Assembly (NCBI RefSeq): GCF_006345805.1
Contig: NC_043004.1
Span: forward strand, 94,550,001 to 94,614,000
Direction: 5' to 3'
Source of the DNA: Octopus sinensis
Lineage: Eukaryota
Length of the DNA stretch: 64,000 bases
How positions within the stretch are numbered: position 1 is the first letter of the stretch; every line of letters begins with the position of its first letter. Shown in pieces: positions 1-12,690 of this stretch. The notes beneath the pieces are model-generated. The model made no database searches and was not told where the DNA came from. It saw only the letters and a list, made by a program, of their open reading frames with translations. A program made the translations under genes and the position numbers.

Positions 1-238
1 ATCACCACCGTTACCACCACCACCACCATTACCACCACCACCGTTACCACCACCACCACCACCACCACCGTTACCACCACCACCACCACTACCACCACCA
101 TCCCCACATCCACCAGCGCCTGCACCACATCCACCACTACCATCCCCACCACCATCCCCACCAGTACCTGCACCAGCAGCACCACTGCCGCCACCACCGC
201 TGCCACCGCCACCAACATCATCCCAACCATTATCATCA
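1..238. repeat. Degenerate (ACC)n microsatellite
   Basis: Near-continuous CAC/ACC triplets. Confidence 0.95.
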
Positions 239-833
239 CCTAGATGAATCCTAAATTAAAGCAAACTTGGAAAATAAAATGATCGAATTGATTGATTGGT
301 TGATGGGATTTCATTCGGTGCAAATCAATAATTAGGGATGATGATGATGATGATGATGGTGATAATTGAATTAAGGATTTGTGATTTAGGAACATACGTA
401 GGAGTTCATATGGGAGAACATGTGAAATTTTCCATGAGATTTTTGTTTTTAATTTTTCCCGGTGGCTTAGTTAGAAGTGGAAGGTCAATGATTAGTAGGA
501 GACTGTGAGAAGCTTTCACATTGTTGACCTGACTCAGATGTTTGCAACAAAAGTGGACTTCGTTGGTAGCTCCCAAAGGCAAAGTAAGTGTGGAAATGTG
601 AGGTGTCAAATTAAATCTCTATACTCACAACACCCCACCCCAAACAAACAAATAGCGAAAAAGAAAAAAAGAATCAACAAAAATTCACCAAAAAGAATGA
701 AAGAAAAATGTCAAACGTTCAAACTGGCTTTGACACAATTTTTGTTTTAGTCATTTTTCACTCATAAAACTTGAACCCAAAATACCCTGGAGTTTGATGA
801 AACAGAGACTTGGTTATGAAGTGAACTTGTTAA

Positions 834-1057
834 CCCTTTAGTGTTCAGATTACTCTAGTGTTAAATGTAAGACTTTTTCACTCAAATTGTTTTGAATTAA
901 TCCTGGATCATCTTACAGCTTTGAGGTTTCAATGATGTGATTACTTATTTTTAGAATGGCATTGTAGGTTAGGTGTGAGAGGCTAGACATCGCCAGTTTG
1001 AATATAAAACATGTAGAATATATTGGGCCGGATTTGGCCAGTTTAAACACTAAAGGG
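834..1057. mobile_element. piggyBac-type MITE (224 bp)
   Basis: TTAA at 830-833 and 1058-1061 flank 12-bp TIRs CCCTTTAGTGTT / AACACTAAAGGG. CCC termini plus TTAA TSD are the piggyBac signature. Confidence 0.8.
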
Positions 1058-1513
1058 TTAATCACACAACAATGGCTATGCACTCAGGCATAACTTTTCT
1101 ACTGAAATATAAATAAATAGTTGAACTGTCTTTGGATATTGAATTTGACTTATTTAATGTTTATGGCAGCCTTATGATTCTAAAAACGTAAGATAAATGA
1201 TGTGGGTAGGATAGAAAATGTATAAATAGATAGAAAGTGTATAAATTACACAGATGATCAAGAATTTTTTAAACATATGCATGAATGTATACATACATTT
1301 GTACATACATGTATACATATTCACAGAATATATATATATACACAAAATAATTGCAGTGTGGAAGGTGTTTATAACCCATTTAAAAACACACAAAATCCGT
1401 TAAATTCACTCCAACATTTAAATTTAATTTGTCAAAATATTTTCATTGCTTTTAAACTTCGAGCTGTTCACTGACAAAATTCTGTGCTTCATATATGTAT
1501 GTATGTATATATA

Positions 1514-1688
1514 TCATCACTATTTAACGTCCGCTTTCCAAGCTAGCATGGGTTGGACGATTTGATTGAGGTCTGGTGAACCAGATGGCTGCACCAGACT
1601 CCAATCTGATCTGGCAGACTTTCTACAGCTGGATGCCCATCCTAATGCCAACCACTTTGAGAGTGTAGTGGGTGCTTTTACGTGCCAT
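1514..1688 (-). mobile_element. 5'-truncated RTE-type LINE 3' end with (GAT)n tail
   Basis: Matches the copies at 11836, 12345, 32157, 54652 and 56960 (TTTAACGTCCGCTTTCC..CTAGCATGGGTTGGACG..CTACAGCTGGATGCCC). Confidence 0.8.
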
Positions 1689-1699
1689 CCATATGTGTG

Positions 1700-1730
<31 letters not shown>

Positions 1731-1941
1731 ATTTGAGTATATATATGTATATATATGTATATATATATATATATTTGTCTATGTCCATTATATGTCTGTA
1801 TGTCTATATGTATGTATACATATTTATATATTATATATATATATATATGTCTGACTGAAGATTGAAGGCTTCGAATGATTTGTCTGTGTTTCGTGTTTGT
1901 CCCTTCCTGTATTTCACGTTCTTTATATATAAAATATTTAT

Positions 1942-1989
<48 letters not shown>

Positions 1990-2014
1990 TTATATATATA
2001 TATATTATATATAT

Positions 2015-2058
<44 letters not shown>

Positions 2059-2429
2059 ATATATATACAGATATTATTAGTATATTACATGTTTTTATAC
2101 ATTATATATCATATATTATATGTTAGTGCTTTTGTCCATTCTAGTGGAGTCTTCAAATTGAGTCTTCAAAGAGATCAATGTTATTGTCTGAGAGATATTT
2201 ATGGTAGTGGAATGGTATTTTAACTGCAATTTCTAAGTTCGGTGTGCGGTGAAGCAATTAGCTGACCCTTGATTATAATTATGCTCATTATTATAAAATA
2301 TATGTATAATGTTACCCCAAAAGGTTATTTTAATGTACCGAACTACTTGGTAAAATTATTGATTAATTATTAATTAATTAATTTTATCCTTTATCATTAT
2401 TGGAATATATATATTTATATATATATATA

Positions 2430-2823
2430 CTAGCAGTATCGCCCGGCGTTGCTCGGGTTTGTAAGGGAAATAGCTATATAAGCATTTTTAGTGAGTTATA
2501 GCAAAAAAATAGCAAAAAAATGCATTAAAAATGGAATAAAAAATGATGGTAATTTTTTTTAATCGTTGACTCATCGTAGACATTTTTAGAGAGTTACTTC
2601 CCTTATATAATAGCGAAAACTGCATTAAAATGGAAAAAATGATGGTAATTTTTTTTTTAAATCGTAGACTCATCGTAGACACGCGCTAATACCCAGAAGG
2701 GCTCGATATGAATCACGACTATAAGATACCCGGTTTTGGTTAAACTGCACCGCAAAATGTGGGAGTAGTTAGGAATCTAAATCGTAGGAGACAGACACAC
2801 AACTTCACTTTTATATATAAAGA
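2430..2823 (-). mobile_element. Complete non-autonomous Helitron (394 bp)
   Basis: On the minus strand: 5' TC at 2823-2822 after A, 3' CTAG at 2433-2430 before T, GC hairpin CCCGAGC-AAC-GCCGGG just upstream of CTAG, no TSD. Confidence 0.8.
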
Positions 2824-3124
2824 TTTGTGCAACAACTAAAACATTCGGTTGTGCAAATTGTTTGCACAGGAAACCTGCCCTGTGTGGCGGTAATTGCCGT
2901 TTTTGTGGATCTGTTTCAGCTTTTTTAGCGATTTCTGTTTTGGTGACTTCAAGCCATGAAGTCGTTGTTCTAAAAGAACACTGGTCTCCTTGACAACGCT
3001 TTACGACGTTGATTTCTCTACCCTGCCTTCCCCACAGCTTCACGAGGGAGGGAAGAAGGAGGAGAAGCAACACAGGTGCAGGTGTGAGCATGGACGCCAA
3101 CTCTGCCGCCATTGACACACGAAA

Positions 3125-3300
3125 AAATTGGAAGAAATGGAAAAAAATGATGTTAAATTATTTTTAAAATCGTAGACTCATCGTAGACGCGCGCTAATAC
3201 CCAGACGGGCTCGATATGAATCACGACTATAAGATACCCGAATTTGTTAAACTGCACCGCAAAATGTGGGAGTAGTTAGGAACACAACTTCACTTATATA
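3125..3300 (-). mobile_element. Partial second copy of the same Helitron
   Basis: Near-identical to 2630-2815 (ATCGTAGACTCATCGTAGAC..AAACTGCACCGCAAAATGTGGGAGTAGTTAGG). Confidence 0.75.
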
Positions 3301-3339
3301 TATATATATATATATATATATCAACACACATGTGGTGTT

Positions 3340-3490
3340 GGCAATGTCTTTCCCTTCTTTGGATTTTTCTCTTTCTCCTTTCCAATGAAGAGCTGTGCTC
3401 GAAATATCAAGCTCTCTCTTTTCACCAAGCATCAAGCTAATATGTTCCTTGTGCACGTCCTCTTGTTGTCTGTTAATTATATCATTCATT
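3340..3490 (+). mobile_element. Penelope-like terminal-repeat remnant with decayed hammerhead motif
   Basis: CCAATGA-AGAGC-TGT-GCTC-GAAA-TATC at 3382-3408 is a mutated CTGATGA..GAAA minimal hammerhead. Confidence 0.45.
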
Positions 3491-3540
3491 TTTTTGAATC
3501 GATTGTTTATTTGAATTGGCTGTGTGTATGTATATATATA

Positions 3541-3612
<72 letters not shown>

Positions 3613-3652
3613 GTATATATATATATATATATGTGTGTGTATATATATATGT

Positions 3653-3685
<33 letters not shown>

Positions 3686-3814
3686 GTGTGTGTATATATA
3701 TATATATATGTGTATATATATATGTATATGTATATATATAATATAATTTCAACAATTGAGGGTAAAATTAATTAATTAATCAATTTCACCAAGTTGAAAT
3801 TGTTGAAATTGTTG

Positions 3815-3857
<43 letters not shown>

Positions 3858-3892
3858 GTGTGTGTATATATATATATGTGTATATATATATG

Positions 3893-3932
<40 letters not shown>

Positions 3933-4010
3933 GTATATATTGTGTGTTATATATTATATATGTGTATATATATATATGTATAATGTATATGTTATATTAT
4001 ATATATGTAT

Positions 4011-4107
<97 letters not shown>

Positions 4108-4191
4108 GTATGTATAATATATGTTGTCAATGTATCATACATCCGAAGAGAAGCACACTCTGAAGTATAGAGTACTAAAGCATTAAAGTAC

Positions 4192-4333
4192 TAAAGTTAA
4201 TGTCTGGTCATAGAGTGACCGATGATGAAGATTTAAATTTGTCGCTTGACTAGAGTTTGATGAGTTGTCTGTGAAGCTACACCCTTCGTGGATGCGAAAC
4301 CATTGGTTACTCTATGACCAGACATTAACTTTA
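4192..4333. mobile_element. MITE-like element with 29-bp TIRs
   Basis: TAAAGTTAATGTCTGGTCATAGAGTGACC (4192-4220) vs reverse complement at 4305-4333, 1 mismatch. Confidence 0.65.
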
Positions 4334-4552
4334 TCATTTTAATATATATATATGTAAATGCATTTATACACACACACACACATACACACACAAACATCAT
4401 GATCATGATCATCATCGTTATCAGCATCATCATCACCATCATCACCATCATCATTTAATGCCTGTTTTCCATACTGGCATAGCTTGGATGGTTTGACAGG
4501 ATTCAACAGGAACTGTGTCGAGCTCCAATGTCAGCTTTGCTATGGTTTCTCT

Positions 4553-4592
<40 letters not shown>

Positions 4593-4739
4593 TGCGTGTG
4601 TGTCTGTCTGTGTGTGTCTGTGTGTGTTTGGTGTATGTGTGTGTGTATGTGTGTGTGTGTGTGTGTGTGTTTGTTTGTGTGTATGTGTGTGTGTATGTGT
4701 GTGTGTGTGTGTGTGGTGTGTGTTTGTGTGTATGTGTGT

Positions 4740-4777
<38 letters not shown>

Positions 4778-5061
4778 TGCCCTTCCCAATGCTAACCTAT
4801 TTTGCAATCTATAATACTGGGTAGTATTTTTTTTCATGCCACCAGCACTAGTGATGTTAACAAGTAACTTGCAAGAAAAAAGAAAAGGAAAAAGAAAAAA
4901 ACTGCCTCAGCAAAGTGGGGCTAGTTGAGAGGCTGAAATATGATGGAGAGACAAGTACAGGTGTCTGACCATAATAAATAAATCTGTCTCAGCAAATTCC
5001 ATCTGACTAATGCAAGCATAGAAAAGTGGACGTTAAATGATGAAGAAGATGATGATGATAG

Positions 5062-5101
<40 letters not shown>

Positions 5102-5164
5102 ATATATATATATATATATATATATAGATATTATATATATATATATATATATATATAATCATCA

Positions 5165-5362
5165 GGTGGCGAGCTGGCAGAAACATTAGCACGCCAGGTG
5201 AAATGCGTAGCCGTATTTCGTCTGTTGTTACGTTCTGAGATCAAATTCCGCCGAGGTCGACTTTGCCTTTCATCCTCTCGGGGTCGATATAATCGATTTA
5301 ATCCCTTTGTCTGTCCTTGTTTGTCCCCTCTGTGTTTAACCCCTTGTGGGTAGTAAAGAAAT
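5165..5362 (+). mobile_element. tRNA-headed SINE, family B
   Basis: GGCGAGCTGGCAGAA head, B-box-like GA(G)TTCAAATTCC, central GACTTTGCCTTTCATCC..GGGGTCGAT (Meta-domain-like, from recall), tail CCCCTTGTGGGTAGTAAAGAAATA. Further copies in the window. Confidence 0.85.
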
Positions 5363-5394
5363 ATATATATATATAAGCACCCTGAGAAAAAGTT

Positions 5395-5835
5395 GGACAT
5401 AAGAAGCATCAGATGTAGTGTGCAAGAGAGACAAGTGTGCTGGCATGGTCATGTGTTGTGTGTGGACAAGGACAGTTGTGTGAAGAAGGGTCACACCCTA
5501 GCAGTGGAGAGAACCTGTGGAAGAGGTAGATCCAGGAAGACCAGGGATAAAGTGCTGGAGTATGACCTTTGAACGTTGGGCCTCACAGAGGCAATGACAA
5601 GTGACCAAGGCATTTGGAGACATGCTGTGCTTGAGAAGACATGGCAAGTCAAGTGAGATCGTAGCCGTGGTTGATGACAGTGTCACATAACTAGCCTGTT
5701 TAAAAGCACCCTTCAATCATTGGGCAATATGCTGTGCTTGAGAAGACCTGTTGAGTCAAGTGAAATTGTCGTGGCTGATGCCTGTGCTGCCTGACTGGCA
5801 TCCGTGCCAGTGGTATGTAAAAAGCACCATTCACG
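5395..5835 (+). mobile_element. RTE-type LINE fragment: RT-ORF C-terminus plus start of 3' UTR
   Basis: Translates as CWHGHVLCVDKDSCVKKGHTLAVERTCGRGRSRKTRDKVLEYDL*TLGLTEAMTSDQGIWRHAVLEKT, resembling the LRWYGHV..RGRPRKTW..DR..WR C-terminal pattern of RTE LINEs. Confidence 0.75.
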
Positions 5836-6087
5836 CGTGGGGATAGTGTGGGGCCTGGGGATAGTGTAAGGCCTGGGGATTGAGTGTGGGCACAGTAGAA
5901 GTGATGAAAGGAGGAGTGATGATTCAGTTGGTCATGCCTTCAGTGGCAGAAGACCATCCAGCACCAAAGAGTGAAGGCTAGTGTTGTAGAGGTTACAAAA
6001 GGTTGAGCGAGAAGACAAAACTTCTATGAACCAGAGGTTGAAGTGTATTGGTGAGTGGTTTTATGATAATCTGCTGAATAAATATCT

Positions 6088-6470
6088 CATCATCATCATC
6101 ATCATTTAGCGTCCACTTTCCATGCTGGCATGGGTTTGATGGTTTGACTGGAACTGCTAAATCAGAAAACTGTTCCAGATTGATTTGGCATGATTTCCTT
6201 GGTTAGATGCCCTTCCTAACACCAACCACTCCAAGAGTGTAGTGGGTACCTTTTATGAGTCACCAGCACGGGTTCCTTTTACGTGTCAGCAGCACTGACC
6301 ACGACTACAATTTCATTTGGTTTGATGAGTCTTCTCAAGCACAACAAATTGCCAAAAGTCATGATTACTTGTCATCACCTCTGTGAGACCCAACATTTGA
6401 AGGTCAGGCTTCACCACTGCACTCCATGTCTTCCTGGGTCTACCTCTTTCACAGATTCCTTCTCCGATTA
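6088..6470 (-). mobile_element. RTE-type LINE 3' end (ORF end plus UTR plus GAT tail)
   Basis: Reverse-complement homolog of 5510-5700 joined to the family 3' UTR. Confidence 0.75.
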
Positions 6471-6678
6471 GATATATTTTAGAGGATATTTCTATATGTA
6501 GTAGCAGTTTCGTTTTACATGCAAGATCTGTATTCCATTGTCTGTCTGATTAAAGTTCTAAGAAAGAGTTAGTGGTTATTGAAGGATAAAATATTTTCTG
6601 GTTCTGTTGAAGAAATCCTAGTTTTATCATTCAGTCAAGTATTTGCATAATGCCAAATGCATATTTAACACCCCTCAC

Positions 6679-6788
6679 CTCTTTTGGAAGGCAACGTGCA
6701 CAGTAACACATATCTTTTCTTTTACACACATCATAATTGTGCAGCTGGTTACACATTCCATGTAACTTTTTAACAGCAGGATCATGCC
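6679..6788 (-). CDS. Candidate Cys-rich coding exon (110 bp), unidentified
   Basis: Acceptor ttttcacttcgtctcag, donor GAG|gtgagg. Open frame HDPAVKKLHGMCNQLHNYDVCKRKDMCYCARCLPKE. No family recognised. Confidence 0.35.
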
Positions 6789-6834
6789 CTGAGACGAAGT
6801 GAAAACAACAGCAACTTGATCATTATAAATAGAG

Positions 6835-6894
<60 letters not shown>

Positions 6895-7500
6895 ACCCAC
6901 ACATACACACACATACATACATACACATATTTCTTTTGTCTATAATGCTAAGCACTCGTTTTTTTTTCCTCCCCAGTAGTTGAAGTTGTTTTAATCATAG
7001 CATAGTAAAATATTTGACAATTTAGAAACTTTCTGCTGCTTTATTATACTGTCATGTTGTCCGTCTGTGCGTCTGAGAGTCTTTCTATTGTTTCTTTTTT
7101 TATTTACATTTTCTTTTGACTTACTCAATAACACAGAGCTAAACCAGTAATGGAAAAATTAATTCTTCTCCCTTTAGCCACTTGTTCAGCCATTCTGACT
7201 CCTTATTCCTCCTTCTGAATGCTTTATGACAAAAACTTAATTTAAAACAAGGACTGGAGTTAATATGGTGTGAAGGATATGTACCCTTAGTCTGTTAGCC
7301 TCCAGCAGCAATGGTGCTTATATTAGCTTTATTCACCTGTGTTTGGAACATGGTCAAAACTTTGACATTTTCTATCTTATATTTTATTTTTCTATCTTTT
7401 TAATTTTTCGTCTTTTTCCTTCTTTCGAATTGTTTAATTTCTCAGTGAATAACACTTCAACTTATGTTTCTCTTTTATTCTTCTTCTAAGTCTGTTTGCA

Positions 7501-7531
<31 letters not shown>

Positions 7532-7820
7532 TTCTCTCTCTGTCTCTCTCTCTCTATCTCTCTGACTATTTCATTTTCTTTATATTTTCTTTCTACTAGT
7601 CTTCTTCTCCTTCCCTTCCACTCCCACACCTGTCTAGCTCTATATACACAATAAAATTGAGCTTAAAATTCATAACCCTTTTATTTGAGACTACTTTCCC
7701 AAAGGGCAGAAGTGATAAAGTTATAATTTTGTCAAATATTGGTCTACATAAAACCAGTCTTTTATGCAAAAGCCATTATTTTCTAAAGAAATATTAACAT
7801 CAGCTTCTTATATATGTCAG

Positions 7821-7876
7821 ATTTTTCGATTGACAAAACATGTAAAATTTTACAATGATGTAGACAACCATGAAAT
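7821..7876 (+). CDS. Weak candidate exon (56 bp)
   Basis: gtcag acceptor, AT|gtaagt donor, IFRLTKHVKFYNDVDNHE. Phase-compatible with 10264-10382. Confidence 0.2.
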
Positions 7877-8562
7877 GTAAGTGTATGTGGTTGTGTGTAC
7901 AGAAGGAGTGATGTAAGGAGAGAAGGAGAGAATGAAGGAAGGCAGAATAAAAACAGAAAAAAGAAGAAAAACAGAATTTTCTGAAGCTTCCTATTCTAGA
8001 CTCTGCAAAGTTTATTTTTCTCATCTGTAACACATATTGATTTCTTACTTAGCCATAAGTTAGAAAAACTAATTGAAGAGAAGAGCTGAGAATGTGTGAT
8101 GTTCATTCTGTTCTGATGATTTTGTATTGTTTAAGTGAGAAGCATTTTGACTAAAAACTGAATTCTGTTTTCGCACTTTGTGTCATCAGAAGCTTGTGGC
8201 TAGCTTTGTGTCCTTTAGAAGAATATCAAAATTCCTAGAGAACATCACTGCTACCACCACCACCACCACCACCATGGCCATCATCGCCACTGCCACCATA
8301 ATCATCATTATCATCGTTTAATGTCAACTCTTCCATGCTTGCATGAGTCAGATGGAATTTGTTGAAGTAGATTTCCTATAGTCAGATGTTCTCCTTGTTG
8401 CCAATTCTCACCTGTGTCTGATCTGATCAAGGTAATATTTCCTATGGTCAGACATGTTTTTCTTGGAAGATAGGAAATAAACAGCTTAACTGGTATCGTG
8501 GATGTTGTTTGTTTACAGCCATCACATGATGTCAAAACATCGTAACACATACACACACAATC

Positions 8563-8598
<36 letters not shown>

Positions 8599-8601
8599 AT
8601 G

Positions 8602-8688
<87 letters not shown>

Positions 8689-8719
8689 ATCTTTATATAT
8701 ATATAAATAAAGTTAATCC

Positions 8720-8920
8720 AAACATGAAAACACAACGAGAAAACACAACAACACGAGGATGTGGAACAAGTATAGTGTTATTGGACACTCAGGAAAGGAA
8801 AGAAAGAAGGAGGATTTAACGTTTCGAGAGGAGCTCTATGTCAGAAACATAGGAAAAGGAAAGATCCAAGGAAGGGAAGATGGAGGAAAAAAATCGCCAA
8901 TGGTACACACACGGTCACAT
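8720..8920 (-). mobile_element. Penelope-like terminal-repeat remnant with decayed hammerhead motif
   Basis: Minus strand 8844-8817 reads CTGACAT-AGAGC-TCC-TCTC-GAAACGTTA, a decayed CTGACGA-AGAGC..GCTC-GAAACGT motif. Confidence 0.45.
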
Positions 8921-8954
8921 ATTTCTTGTTCTCTTGATGTTTCTAAATTCTTAT

Positions 8955-8985
<31 letters not shown>

Positions 8986-9427
8986 AAATTCAGGCTGAGT
9001 ACTTGATAATTGTAAGCACCTGTATATACCGTTTGGTGGTGGAGTAAATTAATCAAAATAAAAACATGATGCCAAGGATTCAGCGGTACATATGTTTCGG
9101 GCCTTTATTAGACGGATTTATAACAATGCATAATGTGTGTCTATGGCCTTCTTCAACCGTGCACAATTACTACCCCAAGGACATGTATTACATAAAAAAT
9201 TCTACGTCGGGGATGCAAATCCTCTCATTGGTACCGCATTATGTCGTACGCGAATGAGAGGATTTGCATCCCCAACGTAGAATTTTTGATGTAATACATG
9301 TCCTTCGGGTAGTATTGTGTGCACGGCTGAAGAAGCCATAGACAACATGAGCATTGTTATAAATCCGTCTAATAAAGGCCCGAAACATATGTACCACTGA
9401 ATCCTTGGCATCATGTTGTTATTTTGA

Positions 9428-9464
<37 letters not shown>

Positions 9465-9500
9465 AAATAAGAATTTAGAAACATCAAGAGAACAAGAAAT
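8921..9500. repeat. Large foldback (inverted duplication)
   Basis: Inner arms 9047-9229 / 9253-9433 (~180 bp, several mismatches, 23-nt spacer). Outer arms starting at 8921 and ending at 9500 are essentially identical. Confidence 0.9.
9321..9399 (+). ncRNA. Type I hammerhead-like motif with long stem II (right arm of foldback)
   Basis: CTGAAGA (9327-9333), GCC..GGC and TAGAC..GTCTA helices, GAAA (9382-9385), palindromic ACATATGT stem III, H17 = A9393. Stem I is weak. A mirror copy lies on the minus strand at ~9081-9162. Confidence 0.5.
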
Positions 9501-10263
9501 AATTTTGTTTTTAATGGTAAAGCTTTAAATCGTACTGGATAGGATTTCCCATGTTCAGTCCACTTTAGGACGAAGGCCTCAGCATGTTCTCTCCACCACT
9601 ATGATCTCAAAGCTATAAATAACAGCATATTGGGTCAAAAGACCCTTTGGATAGGAAAAGTTGAAGGCTAAATAATAATAGCTTTTTATATAATGTTAAA
9701 TAATAATAGCTTTTGGAATGCAACAACATTTTATAAAGTAACTTTGGAAGCATCGAATGTGTTCGATATTTTACAGACAAGAAGGTAAATTTGAAATGCA
9801 CTATAACTGTGGAAACAACAGAAAAATTGGGGATTTACCCTTATAAGATGGAAAAAGTTGCCAACAGGTGGCTACAGGACTCAAACCTACACCTCTCAGC
9901 TAAACGTTCCACTGACAACAATTACTGTAAATTTTAACGCTAAATAATAATAGCTTTGGAATACTAGATTCCCTTTGGTTAGTCTAGGGTATAATAGAAG
10001 ACATTTACCCAAAGTGACACATAGAGTGATGAATTTGATATCAAGTAACTGGGAAGCAAGCTTCTTCACCACACAACTACATCTGCATTATTGAAATACT
10101 AGCAGAAAGGGCCATCCTCCAGACAGTTTTCTGCTAGCCACTTGATAATATTTTCACATTTGATTCCCAATTCTAATGATTTTTATGATATTTTACATTT
10201 AATTATTTCTTTGTATGATAGTGCTCACTTGCTTAGTAAATATTGCTTTCATTATTTTATCAG

Positions 10264-10382
10264 TCATAATCTCTCTTTTTTAAACAAACATCATGGTAGT
10301 CCAACAACAGAGGGAGAAGCAGTTCGTCAAGTTTTACTTTCCCCTCCAAGTAGCACAGAGATTTCAATTCAGCAGCCCATCG
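10264..10382 (+). CDS. Weak candidate exon (119 bp)
   Basis: ttttatcag acceptor, G|gtaagc donor, open frame HNLSFLNKHHGSPTTEGEAVRQVLLSPPSSTEISIQQPI. Confidence 0.25.
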
Positions 10383-10394
10383 GTAAGCTTTGCT

Positions 10395-10429
<35 letters not shown>

Positions 10430-10897
10430 GGGTGGGGAAGAGAGACCATTGCAAACAATGAAATAAACATGAAATGAAAAAATTGTATAAATAAAGGGCA
10501 TTATTACAGATGTATATGCCCCCGATGTTGTTGCCTCATAACATCTAGAAAAATGGAGACTTTTTAACAAAATTTCCTACAAATATCACTTAGATGTTGT
10601 GGCTTCAGAGTATATAGGGATTTATGGGAACAAATTTTTCCAAATGGCATAGATTACGATTATAAAGACGTTTGTGGGAAAAATATTTGGTGGGATTTTC
10701 CCCATTTTTTTAAAACCACAGCCTTTGAAATGATTGGGTTGGGTTGGGTTGGCATCTTTGTATGAAAAATGTTTTGATAACTCTTTTTTTACACCCCTCT
10801 CCTCATCATCCCACTCTGGACCTATTTTGGTCAATTGTTTTTTGCACTTCAAAACCATTGGAAGAGCATTTTCGGTAAAAAAAAAAAATTATATTCT

Positions 10898-11478
10898 CAG
10901 AGGGAAAAGTGAGTGATTTAAGGGCGATTTGGCTGTTGTTTCTAGCACATACAAAGACAACCCTCCCACATTTTTCTTTAATCAGTCTTGCATCTGCTAA
11001 TGTTTTTCAATAGTTTTTCCCCATAAATACATTTATATGCTATAAAAAGGAAAATTTGAGAAATTATGATTTTTTGAAACCCCACTCCCTGTCCCCCAAT
11101 TGTTTCTGCTTAGAAATTAAAATATTGGAGGGCCTGAGAAGGTTATTGCTGGCATTTATCCACAATGATATAAAAAAAAGTTACGTAAATGATAATTCAT
11201 TTTAATTGTATACTTTTCTATTAGAAAATGTTTTTTTTTACACACACACATGGCTTTGCTCGGTTGAGGTGGGAATAAAAATTTAGATTACAATTTATTT
11301 TGTTGCCCATAGTCCACCAATGTGTTACTTTGGCATCATCATTCCATAAAATGTGTTTAATGGGAGAAAAGTATTGAACAAAACATTAATCCATGTGAGA
11401 GTGAAAAGGGAGGGTGGTTTGGGTTGTGCTAGAAACAACAGCAAAACCTCCCTTGAATTGTTCACTTTTTCCTCTGAA
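10898..11478. mobile_element. Old non-autonomous DNA element with ~50-bp degenerate inverted repeats
   Basis: CAGAGGGAAAAGTGA..GCTGTTGTTTCTAGCACA (~10899-10948) vs reverse complement at ~11425-11478. Confidence 0.45.
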
Positions 11479-11835
11479 ATTATTTACAATTTGTTTTGTT
11501 TTTTTTGTTTTTTTTATGGAACAGGCTCCTCCTGTGGTTTTTAAGTTCAAAAAGAAAATGACCAAAGTTGGTCTGGATAGTTATTTTTGTAAGGCTTATA
11601 GCGTTCCAAATAGCCATAGCAACGAAATATCTTTAAAATTCTTTTTACAAAAATTATATGGGTATTTTTTTAAAATTTTCATTTAATAAATAATGTTTTT
11701 ACATTATGTATACATTAATAGAATAAACTGTTGATTTTTCAAATAGCGAATTAAAACTTGAAATGAAAACATTGAAAAAGAAACTGAGAGACTTTGCAAA
11801 TGAAAATGGAATACTCCATAGTGGATCATCCTCAT

Positions 11836-12069
11836 TTCATCATTTAGTGTCCGCTTTCCATGCTAGCATGGGTTGGACGGTTCAACTGGGGTCTGGGAAG
11901 CCCGAAGGCTGCACCAGGCTCCAGTCTACAGTGTTTCTACAGCTGGATGCCCTTCCTAATGCCAACCACTCCGTGAGTGAAGTGGGTGCTTTTTACGTGC
12001 CACCGGCATGGGGGCCAGGCAAGGCTGGCAACGACCACGATCGGATGGTGCTTTTTACGTGCCACCGGT
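11836..12069 (-). mobile_element. RTE-type LINE 3' end
   Basis: Same family 3' UTR as 12345-12690, opposite orientation. Confidence 0.8.
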
Positions 12070-12344
12070 GGATGTAATGAATATTTAAATTTGTGAAGAA
12101 TTGGATGCAGGGAATGCAATAAATATTTGAATTTGTGAGAAACTGGAGTTAAAAAATTCAATAAACTCGAGAAATCGAAATTATAGAATATTTCTTAGAA
12201 CATGAATTTATAAAAATATTTCCAGACAGTCAACCTTTTAATAATTGCTTTCTTTTAGTACTGTTAGTAATTGTAACAGCTTTCTGCATCGTAGTATTGA
12301 TTCCCAGTTAGGTTTTCAGCTGAAATTCAACTAGAGTTGAGGCA

Positions 12345-12690
12345 TTGCCAGCGCCGCCTCGACTGGCTTCTGTGCCGGTGGCACATAAAAAGCACCATCC
12401 GAACGTGGCCGTTGCTAGCTCCGCCTTAGCTGGCTTCCATGCCAGTGGCACGTTAAAAGCTCCAACCGATCGTGGCCGATGCCGGACCCCCCTGGCACCT
12501 GTGCAGGTGGCACGTAAAAAGCACCCACTACACTCGCGGAGTGGTTGGCGTTAGGAAGGGCATCCAGCTGTAGAAACTCTGCCAGATCAGACTGGAGCCT
12601 GGTGCAGCCCCTGGCTTCCCAGACCCCGGTCGAACCGTCCAACCCGTGCTAGCGCGGAAAACGGACGTTAAACGATGATGATGATGATGA
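12345..12690 (+). mobile_element. RTE-type LINE 3' end with (GAT)n tail
   Basis: GGTTGGCGTTAGGAAGGGCATCCAGCTGTAGAAAC..GGACGTTAAACGATGATGATG. Confidence 0.85.

Noticed and set aside
5836-5892. Five G-tracts (possible G-quadruplex)
   Set aside because: Just a 20-nt tandem repeat next to a LINE fragment, with no context suggesting function.
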